From the NCBI GenBank assembly GCA_045614585.1, contig JAZLDD010000072.1, positions 6,761 through 70,760 of the forward strand: a stretch of DNA of 64,000 nt. The letters run 5' to 3'. This DNA is from Akkermansia sp. GTDB taxonomy: Bacteria; Verrucomicrobiota; Verrucomicrobiia; Verrucomicrobiales; Akkermansiaceae. The notes under the pieces are model-generated. The model worked only from the letters and a program-made list of their open reading frames with translations, was not told the DNA's origin and ran no database searches. The number at the start of each line of letters is the position of its first letter. The stretch's first letter is position 1. The position numbers were made by a program, and so were the translations under genes. Positions 38,547-47,253 of this stretch are shown piece by piece.

Positions 38547-39476
38547 ATGGCGAGCTGGATTAAGGTACAGGTGACGCTGCCGGAGAGTCCGAAGATTTTC
38601 CGGCTGGCGCGTTTGCTCGGAGTCGGCCGGATGGAGGCTCTGGGGTATGCTGTGCGCTGGTTCTGCTGGCTCGATACTCACTGTGCCAATGGGTCAACGG
38701 AGTTGACAGAATCTGACGTGGATGCGTTAATTGGCAAGGGTGGTATCACGCGTGCGTTCTGCGAGCTGGAGTGGGCTTCGGTGGATGCCGAGGGCTATGT
38801 GCTTGTGCTGGATTTTGACAAGCATAACGGAAAGAGCTCGAAGCAACGCGCAGAGAATCAAGCAAGAGTGGCGGCGTTCAGGGAACGCCAGGAGGAAAAA
38901 GACTCGTGTAACGCAGAAAGTGTTACACGTGCGTTACCAGAGGGAGAGGGAGAATATATATGTAGTAAAGAAGGGTGTGCTGGTATAGCTACGGTTGATA
39001 AGGGTGCTGCACCGGCTGAACCTGCCCCCACCCCTGATGTGAAGGATGAGGGGTTCCGCCTGTGGCTGGCGGCGCTGTGCCAGTCGCACCCGAGTGCTAG
39101 CCGGAGCCTTTACCTGGCGCCGGATGTGCTGAGGGCGGCGAAGGCGGCTTTCTTGCGTTGCCCGGCGGCGGTGCAGAGTGCGGAGCTGCTGACGGCATAT
39201 TTCAAGGACTCTCGCCTGGCTGAGGGGAAGTTCTATGCTCCGCGTGGTCAACGGAAGTTTTTTGATGATCTGGAGGATGTGCTTTCTCATGCTGAGCGCT
39301 GGCGCAAGTGGGCGGGCTGGAAGCCGAAGAAGAAGGCTGATGCCTCGGAGAAGCGCCAGGCGATGAAGACTGCTGGCTGCGAGGTGCGCCAGTGCGCCGG
39401 TGTGATCTGTGACGCGGAGAGGGATGAGTTTTTCAAAGGTTTAAGGGAGGGGGAGACGAATGGACAAGAAGAGTAA
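38547..39476 (+). CDS. Phage replication initiation protein
   Basis: MASWIKV..LPESPKIFRLA..WLD; FDKHNGKSSKQRA..RVAAFR, a typical replisome-organiser N-terminus. Confidence 0.75.
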   Translation: MASWIKVQVTLPESPKIFRLARLLGVGRMEALGYAVRWFCWLDTHCANGSTELTESDVDALIGKGGITRAFCELEWASVDAEGYVLVLDFDKHNGKSSKQRAENQARVAAFRERQEEKDSCNAESVTRALPEGEGEYICSKEGCAGIATVDKGAAPAEPAPTPDVKDEGFRLWLAALCQSHPSASRSLYLAPDVLRAAKAAFLRCPAAVQSAELLTAYFKDSRLAEGKFYAPRGQRKFFDDLEDVLSHAERWRKWAGWKPKKKADASEKRQAMKTAGCEVRQCAGVICDAERDEFFKGLREGETNGQEE

Positions 39477-39795
39477 GATTGTGAACAGGAAGACGAAGGA
39501 GCTGCAGCACCTGCTGCAGGGGCTGATAAGGCCGAAGAGGGATTGCAGCATCAGTATGTACATTCTGATGCTGGAGCTGGCTGATGGGGAGGAGCTTTCA
39601 TCCTTGTCTATTGACCGGAGACTCAAGAAGATGGGAATGCAGAATCCGCGCCAGTTGCTGCATGCTGCGGTAAGCCAGGGGTGGCTGCAAATGAGTGTTT
39701 CGGTTGACGGGAAGTATTGGCGTCTGACTGCAGCCGGGCAGGCTGTTGTGGCAGGTCTGGAGCGCAGACTTGACTTGGCGAGGGAGCTGATGTGA
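39460..39795 (+). CDS. MarR-like winged-helix protein, candidate late regulator
   Basis: ILMLELADGEELSS..LLHAAVSQGWL..YWRLTAAGQAV. Confidence 0.65.
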   Translation: MDKKSKIVNRKTKELQHLLQGLIRPKRDCSISMYILMLELADGEELSSLSIDRRLKKMGMQNPRQLLHAAVSQGWLQMSVSVDGKYWRLTAAGQAVVAGLERRLDLARELM

Positions 39796-39894
39796 TTATA
39801 TACCCGTTTATACTGACTACTAGACTACTTTATATATAATACATTGATAACTATATAATAATAGGTAGTCAGGTGGTCTGAATGTCGGTGTGGT

Positions 39895-40305
39895 ATGGCC
39901 GGGATGAACGAGAGACAGAAGGAGTTTGCGCGCCTGCTCGTGGCAGGTGTTGCGCAGGGGAAGGCGTATCGGCAAGCTTTTGACTGTGAGGGGAAAAGTG
40001 ATGCGGCTGTGCGTTCGGACGCGCACCGGCTTGCGAAAAATGCTGACGTTTTGCGATTTGTTGCTGAGTTGTCGCAGCGGGCTGATGTGTCTGCTGTATT
40101 GACGAGGGAGGCGCGTATGGAGATGCTTTCCAGGCTGGCTGAGCGGAGTGCGGAGCGGATGGAGGTGGGTGACGCGGTGAGTTGCATCCGCGAGCTGAAC
40201 AAGATGGACGGAGCTTATGCTCAGCCGGAGAATGCGGTGCAGGTGAATGTGGCAACGGGTATCAGTCTGGGTGAGGTTGTGGCTTCTGTGATGGGGGCCA
40301 AGTGA
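39895..40305 (+). CDS. Terminase small subunit
   Basis: MNERQKEFARLLVAGVAQGKAYRQAF..AHRLAKN; ELNKMDG. Confidence 0.82.
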   Translation: MAGMNERQKEFARLLVAGVAQGKAYRQAFDCEGKSDAAVRSDAHRLAKNADVLRFVAELSQRADVSAVLTREARMEMLSRLAERSAERMEVGDAVSCIRELNKMDGAYAQPENAVQVNVATGISLGEVVASVMGAK

Positions 40306-40320
40306 CGGTACGCCGGTGGG

Positions 40321-40367
40321 GTGTATTGAATGATATATTGAGTGGTGTTCTTGAGTCGCGATAGAAT
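40321..40367 (+). promoter_or_regulatory. Late promoter: box GTGTAT-TGAATG-ATATAT plus -10 TAGAAT
   Basis: Box 40321-40338, 23-nt spacer, TAGAAT 40362-40367, ATG 6 nt later. Confidence 0.6.
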
Positions 40368-40373
40368 CGCGGC

Positions 40374-40952
40374 ATGGATAAGGGGTCACTGTTCAGGCTT
40401 GCTCTCTCGAAGCTGGGCTCAACGGCTCAGCTGGTTGAGGGGTCTCCGGAGTTTAAGGCTCTGGAGGATTGTGCTCAGCAGGCGGTGGCTCTTGCGCTGG
40501 ATTTCAACATGTGGGATTTTGCGCAGAAGCGTGTTTCGCTGCCTGTGGTAGATGGCTGGGCGGCATTGCCTGGTGATTGCATTGAGCTGCGTGAGGTGGG
40601 TGCTCGGACCTGGCGAAAGGTCGGCCGAGATATTGAGGTGCATGGTAATACGGCGAGCGTGAATGTGGTTTACAAAAGCCGAGAGATTTCTGATGCCATG
40701 GCGCTGCCTGACCACGAGCCGGTGTGGTGCGAGGCGGTGGTGTGTCTGGTGGCGGCGGCGATTGCCGGCCGGGTGACGGGTAACGCAAATATCGGCATGC
40801 AGCTGCAGCAGATGGGGCTCGGGTTGCTTTACCGGGCGAAGTTGAAGGAGGCTCGAAGTGTGTCTTCTAACGATCAACAGCCTGCGTTCGCAAGAGCTTC
40901 TGCTTGTCAAGGTCCGAAGAGTAACCTGACCACGAAAGGAGGGGTGCGCTGA
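40374..40952 (+). CDS. Head-tail adaptor (T7 gp11/P22 gp4-like)
   Basis: LALSKLG, WDFAQKRVSL, LPGDCIEL, EAVVCLVAAAIA. Confidence 0.72.
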   Translation: MDKGSLFRLALSKLGSTAQLVEGSPEFKALEDCAQQAVALALDFNMWDFAQKRVSLPVVDGWAALPGDCIELREVGARTWRKVGRDIEVHGNTASVNVVYKSREISDAMALPDHEPVWCEAVVCLVAAAIAGRVTGNANIGMQLQQMGLGLLYRAKLKEARSVSSNDQQPAFARASACQGPKSNLTTKGGVR

Positions 40953-41506
40953 TGGGCGACAAGCTGGCTAGTTTGGCGAGCGCTGCGAATCATCGCAGTG
41001 ATGCGATGACTACGCGCACGAATGCGCGGCTGCAGCGGCGCCAGGCTTATGCTGATGCGTACAAGCTGGAGGGTGACTCGGCATCTGCGCTGAGTATTGC
41101 CGGGGACCAGATGATGACGATGCGGCGGAATCAGGCTGAGCAGGTGGGTGCCAGGAGGGCTGCTGCCGGGGCTTCCGGGTTTTCTGCGTCGGGTGGTAGC
41201 CAGCTGGTGCAGGAGCAGAGTGTTGCGGAGATTCTGGAGGTGGCTGTGGCGAATGCTGCGCGCTCGGCTGCTGTTTCGGACACGAGTGCCAGGGAGCAGG
41301 CTAATGCGATGAGGCGGTATGGTGACACGGCCTACAATGTGGGGATGGTTCAGGCTGAGCACCAACAGAAGATGGCGCGTATTGCGAATGGTGTGGCTCC
41401 ATGGCTGATGCTTGGGCAGGGGCTGACGCTGGCAGGAGGCTCGATGATGAGCGCTCCGGGAGTGTACCGTGAGTTGGCACCGTCGATTTTTAACAAGAAA
41501 GATTAG
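40952..41506 (+). CDS. Internal virion (ejection) protein, T7 gp14-like
   Basis: Ala/Gln-rich helical; QVGARRAAAGASGF..SGGS motif. Confidence 0.6.
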   Translation: MGDKLASLASAANHRSDAMTTRTNARLQRRQAYADAYKLEGDSASALSIAGDQMMTMRRNQAEQVGARRAAAGASGFSASGGSQLVQEQSVAEILEVAVANAARSAAVSDTSAREQANAMRRYGDTAYNVGMVQAEHQQKMARIANGVAPWLMLGQGLTLAGGSMMSAPGVYRELAPSIFNKKD

Positions 41507-41516
41507 AGAATTTTTT

Positions 41517-41816
41517 ATGGGACTGGATCCTGTTTCAGTGGGAGCTATTGTGGCGGTGGCCGGAGCTGCTACTTCTGCCGGCGCTTCGGTATACGGTGCG
41601 CACCAGCAGCGGAAGGCTGCGAAGAGTGCGGCGAGGGCTGCTGAGAAGGCTGCGAACACGCCGGTGACGGTGAGCAGCGGAAACGAGGCTGCGGAGACAA
41701 CGAGCACAGAAGCAACGGTTGGGAAGAATACGGCGAGCAAGGCTAAGCGGAGGCTGACAGTGGAGGATTTTGCCGTGCGATTTTCTGGGGAGGGGCTTAG
41801 AAAGACTTTGAATTAA
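41517..41816 (+). CDS. Small virion protein with hydrophobic Gly/Ala N-terminus
   Basis: MGLDPVSVGAIVAVAGAATSAGASVY, typical of podovirus internal or assembly proteins. Confidence 0.6.
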   Translation: MGLDPVSVGAIVAVAGAATSAGASVYGAHQQRKAAKSAARAAEKAANTPVTVSSGNEAAETTSTEATVGKNTASKAKRRLTVEDFAVRFSGEGLRKTLN

Positions 41817-41824
41817 AAGAGATT

Positions 41825-43117
41825 ATGCAAAGAGTTATTGTTTTTCCTGGTTTGGATTATTGCGTGACGAGCGCAGGTGGGTGCCAGCTTTACCGAGCTG
41901 ACGGCACGAGCTTCTTTTTGACGATGAAGGCCGGTCAGGATTGTTTCACGGCGGTGGAGAACGTGGTGTTTGTGTCTGACGACGAGGCTTCGGTGACTGA
42001 GCGACGTGTGACGAATCTGACGGTTGTGAATTCTGGCGATTCTGGTGCATGTGTGGAGGAGACTGTGCCGGTTGATGTTACTCTGCCGTGCTGCCAAAAC
42101 AAGAAATTTATACAAGGTGGCTATGCCAGCATAGCCGGCAACCTGATTCCTGGCGGTAAACTCACGCATTTGACCTGCGGCGTAGAAAGAAGCGGACAAG
42201 GCAATGGTAAGCTGCGGCTGCGCCAGCGCGTGCCCGGCACTGGTGAGCTGGTGCTGGTCGGTTATGGCAATTACACTGGCCAGACTGCCGAGATTGGCGA
42301 GGAAAATATGCCGCATTACAAAATGGAGGACTGCACGCTGGTTGCCGGGCGGGATTTGGTAATCGACTTCACAGAGCAGATGGATTGTTGGATTTACGCA
42401 ACCGGTCCTGTTGACGGCTGTTCGATAACATATAGTAACAACGGCAAGGTAGATATTAACGACGGCACGACAGAGCTTGGATGGTTGGTACTCTGTAAAT
42501 TACACATTGAGCAGACACGGAGCAGACGTGTGGTGACGACCGGCGCTTTTCTATACGCCGGGCTTAATCAGCGGGTTTGGACGAGTTCGCTAGAGTATGT
42601 GAGCTATGGGTACCGCACGTTCTTTAGAGCGTTGGTGACGGTGTTTGAGCCGCTGGGTGGTCTGCCTAACCTCACCGATGGCGAGGAAATGTACTTGGAG
42701 TCTAATATTCGACATTTCAAGGCCGATTTGCCGAAGCTTGTGAATGGTTACCGTATGTTCGAATCCACCCCGCTGGAAATTTTTGATTGTAATGATCTGT
42801 CGCACCTTAGTGACGCAGAACGCATGTTCTGCGACACGAATCTTCCTGCCTCCGAAATAGAGCGAATTATCAACCTGCTGCCAGATTTCCTGCATGACCA
42901 GAGCTTGTGGCCACTGCCTCTCGATCCGGAGACCGGCGCTGTTGTTAAACTGGAGGTCGGCTCCGATGCGTATGCCGAAATGCAGAAGCGGATGGCTGCA
43001 GAGAAGCATACTATTGGGTTTGGAGACTGTGCCGGCGCGAACAATGTGCCGGAGGCCGTTTGGCAGCTGGCCAAAGACAAAGGATGGACTATTGATAAAC
43101 AGACAGCAGATTTGTAA
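41825..43117 (+). CDS. Putative decoration/receptor-binding protein with C-terminal BspA/DUF285-like repeats
   Basis: LPKLVNGYRMF and LSHLSDAERMF repeats, cap AKDKGWTI. Confidence 0.5.
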   Translation: MQRVIVFPGLDYCVTSAGGCQLYRADGTSFFLTMKAGQDCFTAVENVVFVSDDEASVTERRVTNLTVVNSGDSGACVEETVPVDVTLPCCQNKKFIQGGYASIAGNLIPGGKLTHLTCGVERSGQGNGKLRLRQRVPGTGELVLVGYGNYTGQTAEIGEENMPHYKMEDCTLVAGRDLVIDFTEQMDCWIYATGPVDGCSITYSNNGKVDINDGTTELGWLVLCKLHIEQTRSRRVVTTGAFLYAGLNQRVWTSSLEYVSYGYRTFFRALVTVFEPLGGLPNLTDGEEMYLESNIRHFKADLPKLVNGYRMFESTPLEIFDCNDLSHLSDAERMFCDTNLPASEIERIINLLPDFLHDQSLWPLPLDPETGAVVKLEVGSDAYAEMQKRMAAEKHTIGFGDCAGANNVPEAVWQLAKDKGWTIDKQTADL

Positions 43118-43144
43118 TGAAAATTTAACCAAAACTAAATAATT

Positions 43145-43423
43145 ATGAACGAAGAACAGAAGAATAGAGCAAAGGCGGCTCACGGTAAGCTGCAGGGCTG
43201 GCTGGAGGGCTGGGGTGTGCCGAGCCGCTGGGCGAAGGTGGCCGCGGCGCTGATAATCGGGGCCACTATTGGCGGGATGAGTACTTGCACGCAGAGTTGC
43301 AAGCATGTGCCGCATGTGGAGCTGACTGTGGAGCAGGTTCAGGCTGCGGAGACGGTGTACACTGCTCTGGGCGGCGAGGTTCGCTACCGCGTCATTCCGG
43401 TGGTGGAAGACTGGAAGAAGTGA
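43145..43423 (+). CDS. Small membrane protein of the lysis region
   Basis: Single TM, Cys residues, upstream of the amidase. Confidence 0.55.
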   Translation: MNEEQKNRAKAAHGKLQGWLEGWGVPSRWAKVAAALIIGATIGGMSTCTQSCKHVPHVELTVEQVQAAETVYTALGGEVRYRVIPVVEDWKK

Positions 43424-43433
43424 ATAATGATTA

Positions 43434-43625
43434 GTGAATAGTATGGATACCGTGACTGAGAAAGCGATAGAGTTGTACGATGTGTACACGGCGGCCGTAG
43501 GTGGAAAGGCTTGGGATGGCCGACCTCTGCCGAGTGGCTCTGAGTTCATGGCTGATGCCAGCAAGCAGAAGCAAGCAGATGCCTGGCGGGCTGTGGCTAG
43601 GTATGCGTTTAATATAAAGAAGTGA
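43434..43625 (+). CDS. Small hypothetical phage protein
   Basis: LYDVYTAAVGGKAWDGRPLP..QADAWRAVA. Confidence 0.55.
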   Translation: MNSMDTVTEKAIELYDVYTAAVGGKAWDGRPLPSGSEFMADASKQKQADAWRAVARYAFNIKK

Positions 43626-43629
43626 GGCT

Positions 43630-43911
43630 ATGTGCAAGAGGGAGGAGAACGAGCCGCTGATGCGGTACTGGTTCCGCCAGTTCAAGGAGGAGCCGCTGAG
43701 GGTGATGATTGTCGCCACGACTGGGGCTATGGTCTGGCTGTACCAGGACGGCAATACGCGCTGGGAGCAGTACCGCGATGATATGAAGGAGCAGAACGCT
43801 GTGCTGGTTGAGCATGTGCGGACTACTGCTGAGGTGCTCTCGGTCATGGAGACTCGACTCGGCCACCTCGAACGTGAGCACGAAATGGATAGAAAGAGCC
43901 GTCAGGAATGA
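43630..43911 (+). CDS. Holin-like protein (TM + coiled coil)
   Basis: One TM; ATGA overlap with the endolysin. Confidence 0.5.
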   Translation: MCKREENEPLMRYWFRQFKEEPLRVMIVATTGAMVWLYQDGNTRWEQYRDDMKEQNAVLVEHVRTTAEVLSVMETRLGHLEREHEMDRKSRQE

Positions 43912-44528
43912 AGAGGATTGCTATTGATGTGGGGCATGCGGATGGGTCCGGAGCTCGTGGGAACGGGCTGGAGGAGCATGCTGTGTGCTCGGAGATTGCG
44001 GTGGCGCTGAAGGAGTGCCTGGAGAGTTTCCGGCTGCAGAGTTTCGGTGCTGAGGTGGTTGATTTTCCTGAGCGCGGAAATAGTGGCGACCTGGTGGCTA
44101 CGGTGCAGGCGGTGAATGCCGGCGGCTATGATGCATGCGTGAGCCTGCATATGGACGCGGCAAGCCGAATTGCTGGCTATGAAAGAATAATATGCGATGA
44201 CGGAAGTGTAGAGAGTGAGCCTATTTATGAGCCAGACCCTGTTCCTCACGGCGCGCATGCGTGCTACTACTCTTGCAAGGGCAAGAAGCTGGCGAAAGAG
44301 ATTGCGCTGCGGCTCTGTGGTCAGTTGCCGGGGCGGGCTCAGCAGGTTGTGCAGCGGACGGATTTGTATGTGCTGCGCAAGACTAAGCCTGTGGCTGTGC
44401 TGGTGGAGTGTGGTTTTATTACGCACGCTGGTGATGCTGCGTGGGTGAAGGCTCATGTGGTGGAGGTTGCCCGTGCTATTGCGCTGGGTGTGGCTGCTTA
44501 TTTTGACTATGAGGAGGGTGAGGTATGA
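43908..44528 (+). CDS. N-acetylmuramoyl-L-alanine amidase (Amidase_3) endolysin
   Basis: IAIDVGH, GLEE, VSLHMD, LYVLR..AVLVECGFI. Confidence 0.9.
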   Translation: MKRIAIDVGHADGSGARGNGLEEHAVCSEIAVALKECLESFRLQSFGAEVVDFPERGNSGDLVATVQAVNAGGYDACVSLHMDAASRIAGYERIICDDGSVESEPIYEPDPVPHGAHACYYSCKGKKLAKEIALRLCGQLPGRAQQVVQRTDLYVLRKTKPVAVLVECGFITHAGDAAWVKAHVVEVARAIALGVAAYFDYEEGEV

Positions 44529-46162
44529 TGGATGATAAGACATTGGCGCGGATGGCGCGCAGTGTGCTTGCTGAGAAAGATTCCATGATGGGAATCTGGG
44601 ATTGGTTAAGCAAGAAGATTCGACCCAGGAAGAACGATATTCTGAACCAGGTGAATGCGGATGAATTTCGCCGTGAGACATGTACGACGGCGAGCGAGTC
44701 TCTGCAGCTGCTGACGAATGGGTTCATGAGCCACGTGATGCCGAGTGGTGAGACTTGGTTCCGGTTCAGCCATGGTGGACCTATTCAGACTGAGAAGCAT
44801 GAGTATTTTTACCAGCATGCTAATGATGTGACTTACCGGGCGCTGGCGGCAAGCCGGTTTTACACGGCTATGCACGAGTTTCACGAGGACCGTGATTTGT
44901 TCGGAACCGGGTGCTTGTATGCCGATTGGAAGAAAGGAGGCGGACTGCTTTTTGTGAATGTTCCAGTGGGCAGGTTTGGGTTTCAGCGAGATTACGAGGG
45001 CCGCGTGGATACGCTGGCTCGTGAGTTTCAGTACACGGCTGCACAGGCGGTGCAGGCATGGGGGTACGATAAGCTGCCGGAGGTGATTCAGCGTGCGTAT
45101 AACCGAGAGCAGGAGAGGTACACGCGAGAGTTCTCTTTTGTTCATTTCGTGCTGCCAAATGACAGGTATTCGCGCGGTAATGGTGCGGTGGGCATGAATC
45201 CGGAGGCGATGCCTTTCCTGAGTGTGTATTTTTACGCTGGCGGGACATGGCCGGTGGTGCAGCGGAGCGGGTATGAGGAGTTTCCGTTTCTGGTGAGCTG
45301 TTTTGAGCAGTGGGAGGGAATATGGGGCTACGCGCCAGGTATGCAGGTGATGGGCGAGATAGGCAGCTCACTACTGACGGAGCGCAATCTCGACATGCTG
45401 GGAAATCTGCAGGTGTTCCCTCGCCTGATGATTGATGCGGAGCAGCAGGGAGAGGTTGATTACCGAGCCGGTGGCGTGACGGTGGTTGACCGAAACGTGG
45501 CGGGGCTTAATCTTCCACGCGAGTGGGGCACGAGTGGGCGCTACGATGTGGGTATGGACCGACTGAAGCGTGCTGACGATAAGATCCAGTCTGCGTTCCA
45601 TACGAAGTTTCTGCTGGCTATTTCGAGTTCGGAACGAGAGATGACGGCTACTGAGGTGGTGGCCAGACAGCGCGAACAGGTGCTGGGTATCAGCGGTACG
45701 TTCACGCAGTTTGCTGCGGATTTCGATGCGTTTCTGGAGCGCATCTTCGGGCTGCTGTTCCGGCATGATGCGTATGAGTCATCTAAGTTTCCGTATCCAC
45801 CGGATATTTTGGTGACGGATGGCGACCATGTGCAGATTGCACGCCCCGTGGTGCAGTACCATGGTGTGATTGCGCAGAGCGTGGCTCTGGCACAGCAGCA
45901 GAGTTTGACTGGGGCTATTCGTTCTGCATCGGAGTGGGTGCAGGTGACGGGTGATGGTACGGCGCTGGACCTTGTGGACGGGGCCGAGGTGGTCAAGCAC
46001 ATGTTTGTGAGCCAGGGCGCGCCGGCAGCGGTGTTCCGCAGTAAGCAGGAAGTGAAGCGTATCCGTGATGAGCGCCGGGATGCGATGCAGCGACAGGCTG
46101 AGCTGGATAAGATGAAGGCGATGGCGCAAGGTAGCCAGGCAGTGAGAAATCTTGAATCTTGA
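44525..46162 (+). CDS. Portal / head-to-tail connector (T7 gp8-like)
   Basis: PSGETWFRF, SRFY, LFGTG, GRVDTLAR, SGYEEFPF, WGYAPG, EMTATEV. Confidence 0.9.
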   Translation: MMDDKTLARMARSVLAEKDSMMGIWDWLSKKIRPRKNDILNQVNADEFRRETCTTASESLQLLTNGFMSHVMPSGETWFRFSHGGPIQTEKHEYFYQHANDVTYRALAASRFYTAMHEFHEDRDLFGTGCLYADWKKGGGLLFVNVPVGRFGFQRDYEGRVDTLAREFQYTAAQAVQAWGYDKLPEVIQRAYNREQERYTREFSFVHFVLPNDRYSRGNGAVGMNPEAMPFLSVYFYAGGTWPVVQRSGYEEFPFLVSCFEQWEGIWGYAPGMQVMGEIGSSLLTERNLDMLGNLQVFPRLMIDAEQQGEVDYRAGGVTVVDRNVAGLNLPREWGTSGRYDVGMDRLKRADDKIQSAFHTKFLLAISSSEREMTATEVVARQREQVLGISGTFTQFAADFDAFLERIFGLLFRHDAYESSKFPYPPDILVTDGDHVQIARPVVQYHGVIAQSVALAQQQSLTGAIRSASEWVQVTGDGTALDLVDGAEVVKHMFVSQGAPAAVFRSKQEVKRIRDERRDAMQRQAELDKMKAMAQGSQAVRNLES

Positions 46163-46169
46163 ATGTTGT

Positions 46170-46424
46170 ATGAATGAACCGAAATGCGAGCGAAATGCTC
46201 GAGAAAAAGAGTTGGCCAGGCGGCGGGCGCTACTGTTTTCTGTGCCGCTGGATGAACGCGGTATAGAGGTTATTGAGCGGCGATTTGAGTGCCATCTTCC
46301 GTGTTTTCAGGGTGGGCGTGGCAGTTTTGACCCGCTGGATGCGATGCGGCGCGATGCGTACCGCGAGGTTTGCTTGTGGCTGCGCGACCAGTTGAGACAG
46401 TTTAAGACTGAATCAGACAGTTGA
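46170..46424 (+). CDS. Bbp19-like protein (between portal and scaffold)
   Basis: LF..ERG.EV; DPLDAMRRDAYREV; position. Confidence 0.6.
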   Translation: MNEPKCERNAREKELARRRALLFSVPLDERGIEVIERRFECHLPCFQGGRGSFDPLDAMRRDAYREVCLWLRDQLRQFKTESDS

Positions 46425-46439
46425 CAATGAGCGATTTTT

Positions 46440-47183
46440 ATGAGCGAAGAGAATACAAATATCGAGACGGGGGTGCAGCCTGACCCTGCACCTGTGGATA
46501 ATACGGAGAATGCATCTCAGTTGGTGCAGACGCAAAATGAGCCGAAGCCGGAGGAACCGAAGACTGATAAGGAGAATCGGACAGAGCGAGAGGATTACTC
46601 GCTGGATGACGATGAAAATGAGAACGCGGGCTCGGGCGATGATGAGGATTCGAAAGAAGAACCGGATGCTTTCGAGGTCGAGTGGCCTGAGGGGTACGAG
46701 GCTGACGAGGAGCTGACCGGGCTGGTGAATGCCACGGCTCGCGAATGCGGCGTGACCGACAAGGCGGTGGGTGCGTATACTGCGCGGATGCTGGAGCATC
46801 TCCAGGAGAAGCATGCGGCGATGCAGGATGCGGATGATGCTGCGCTGAAGCAGGAGTGGGGACGAAATTTCCTGGCAAATAAGAAGGAGGCGCGTGAGTT
46901 CATGAGCCGCATACGGAAGGAGACCGGGCTGACAAAGGAGGATATGCGCGATTTTGCCGGAGCTCGCGGGTTCAAGGTGATGTATGCGCTTTCTCAGAAG
47001 CTGAACGGTGGCAAGATCGAGGGACTGGACCGCAAACCTAACACCGCTGAGCTGGATTGGGCCAAGGCAGCGCTGACGGATAAGGCACACCCCGATCACA
47101 AGGCTCTGAATGATGCGCGCGACCCACGGCACCGGGAGGTGACGGCGCGGTACTTCCGAGCGCAGGGAGCTAATCTGAAGTGA
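46440..47183 (+). CDS. Capsid scaffolding/assembly protein
   Basis: Acidic N-terminus, LKQEWG.NF, HPDH; lies between portal and capsid. Confidence 0.75.
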   Translation: MSEENTNIETGVQPDPAPVDNTENASQLVQTQNEPKPEEPKTDKENRTEREDYSLDDDENENAGSGDDEDSKEEPDAFEVEWPEGYEADEELTGLVNATARECGVTDKAVGAYTARMLEHLQEKHAAMQDADDAALKQEWGRNFLANKKEAREFMSRIRKETGLTKEDMRDFAGARGFKVMYALSQKLNGGKIEGLDRKPNTAELDWAKAALTDKAHPDHKALNDARDPRHREVTARYFRAQGANLK

Positions 47184-47229
47184 GCGTATTGAACGATATA
47201 TGGAAAAGGTTTCAGGAAGCATGTAGTTT
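47184..47229 (+). promoter_or_regulatory. Late promoter: box GCGTAT-TGAACG-ATATAT plus -10 TAGTTT upstream of the capsid gene
   Basis: Box 47184-47201, 22-nt spacer, TAGTTT 47224-47229; AAGGAGG RBS downstream. Confidence 0.55.
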
Positions 47230-47253
47230 AAGTGTAACCGAAGGAGGTAAAAT

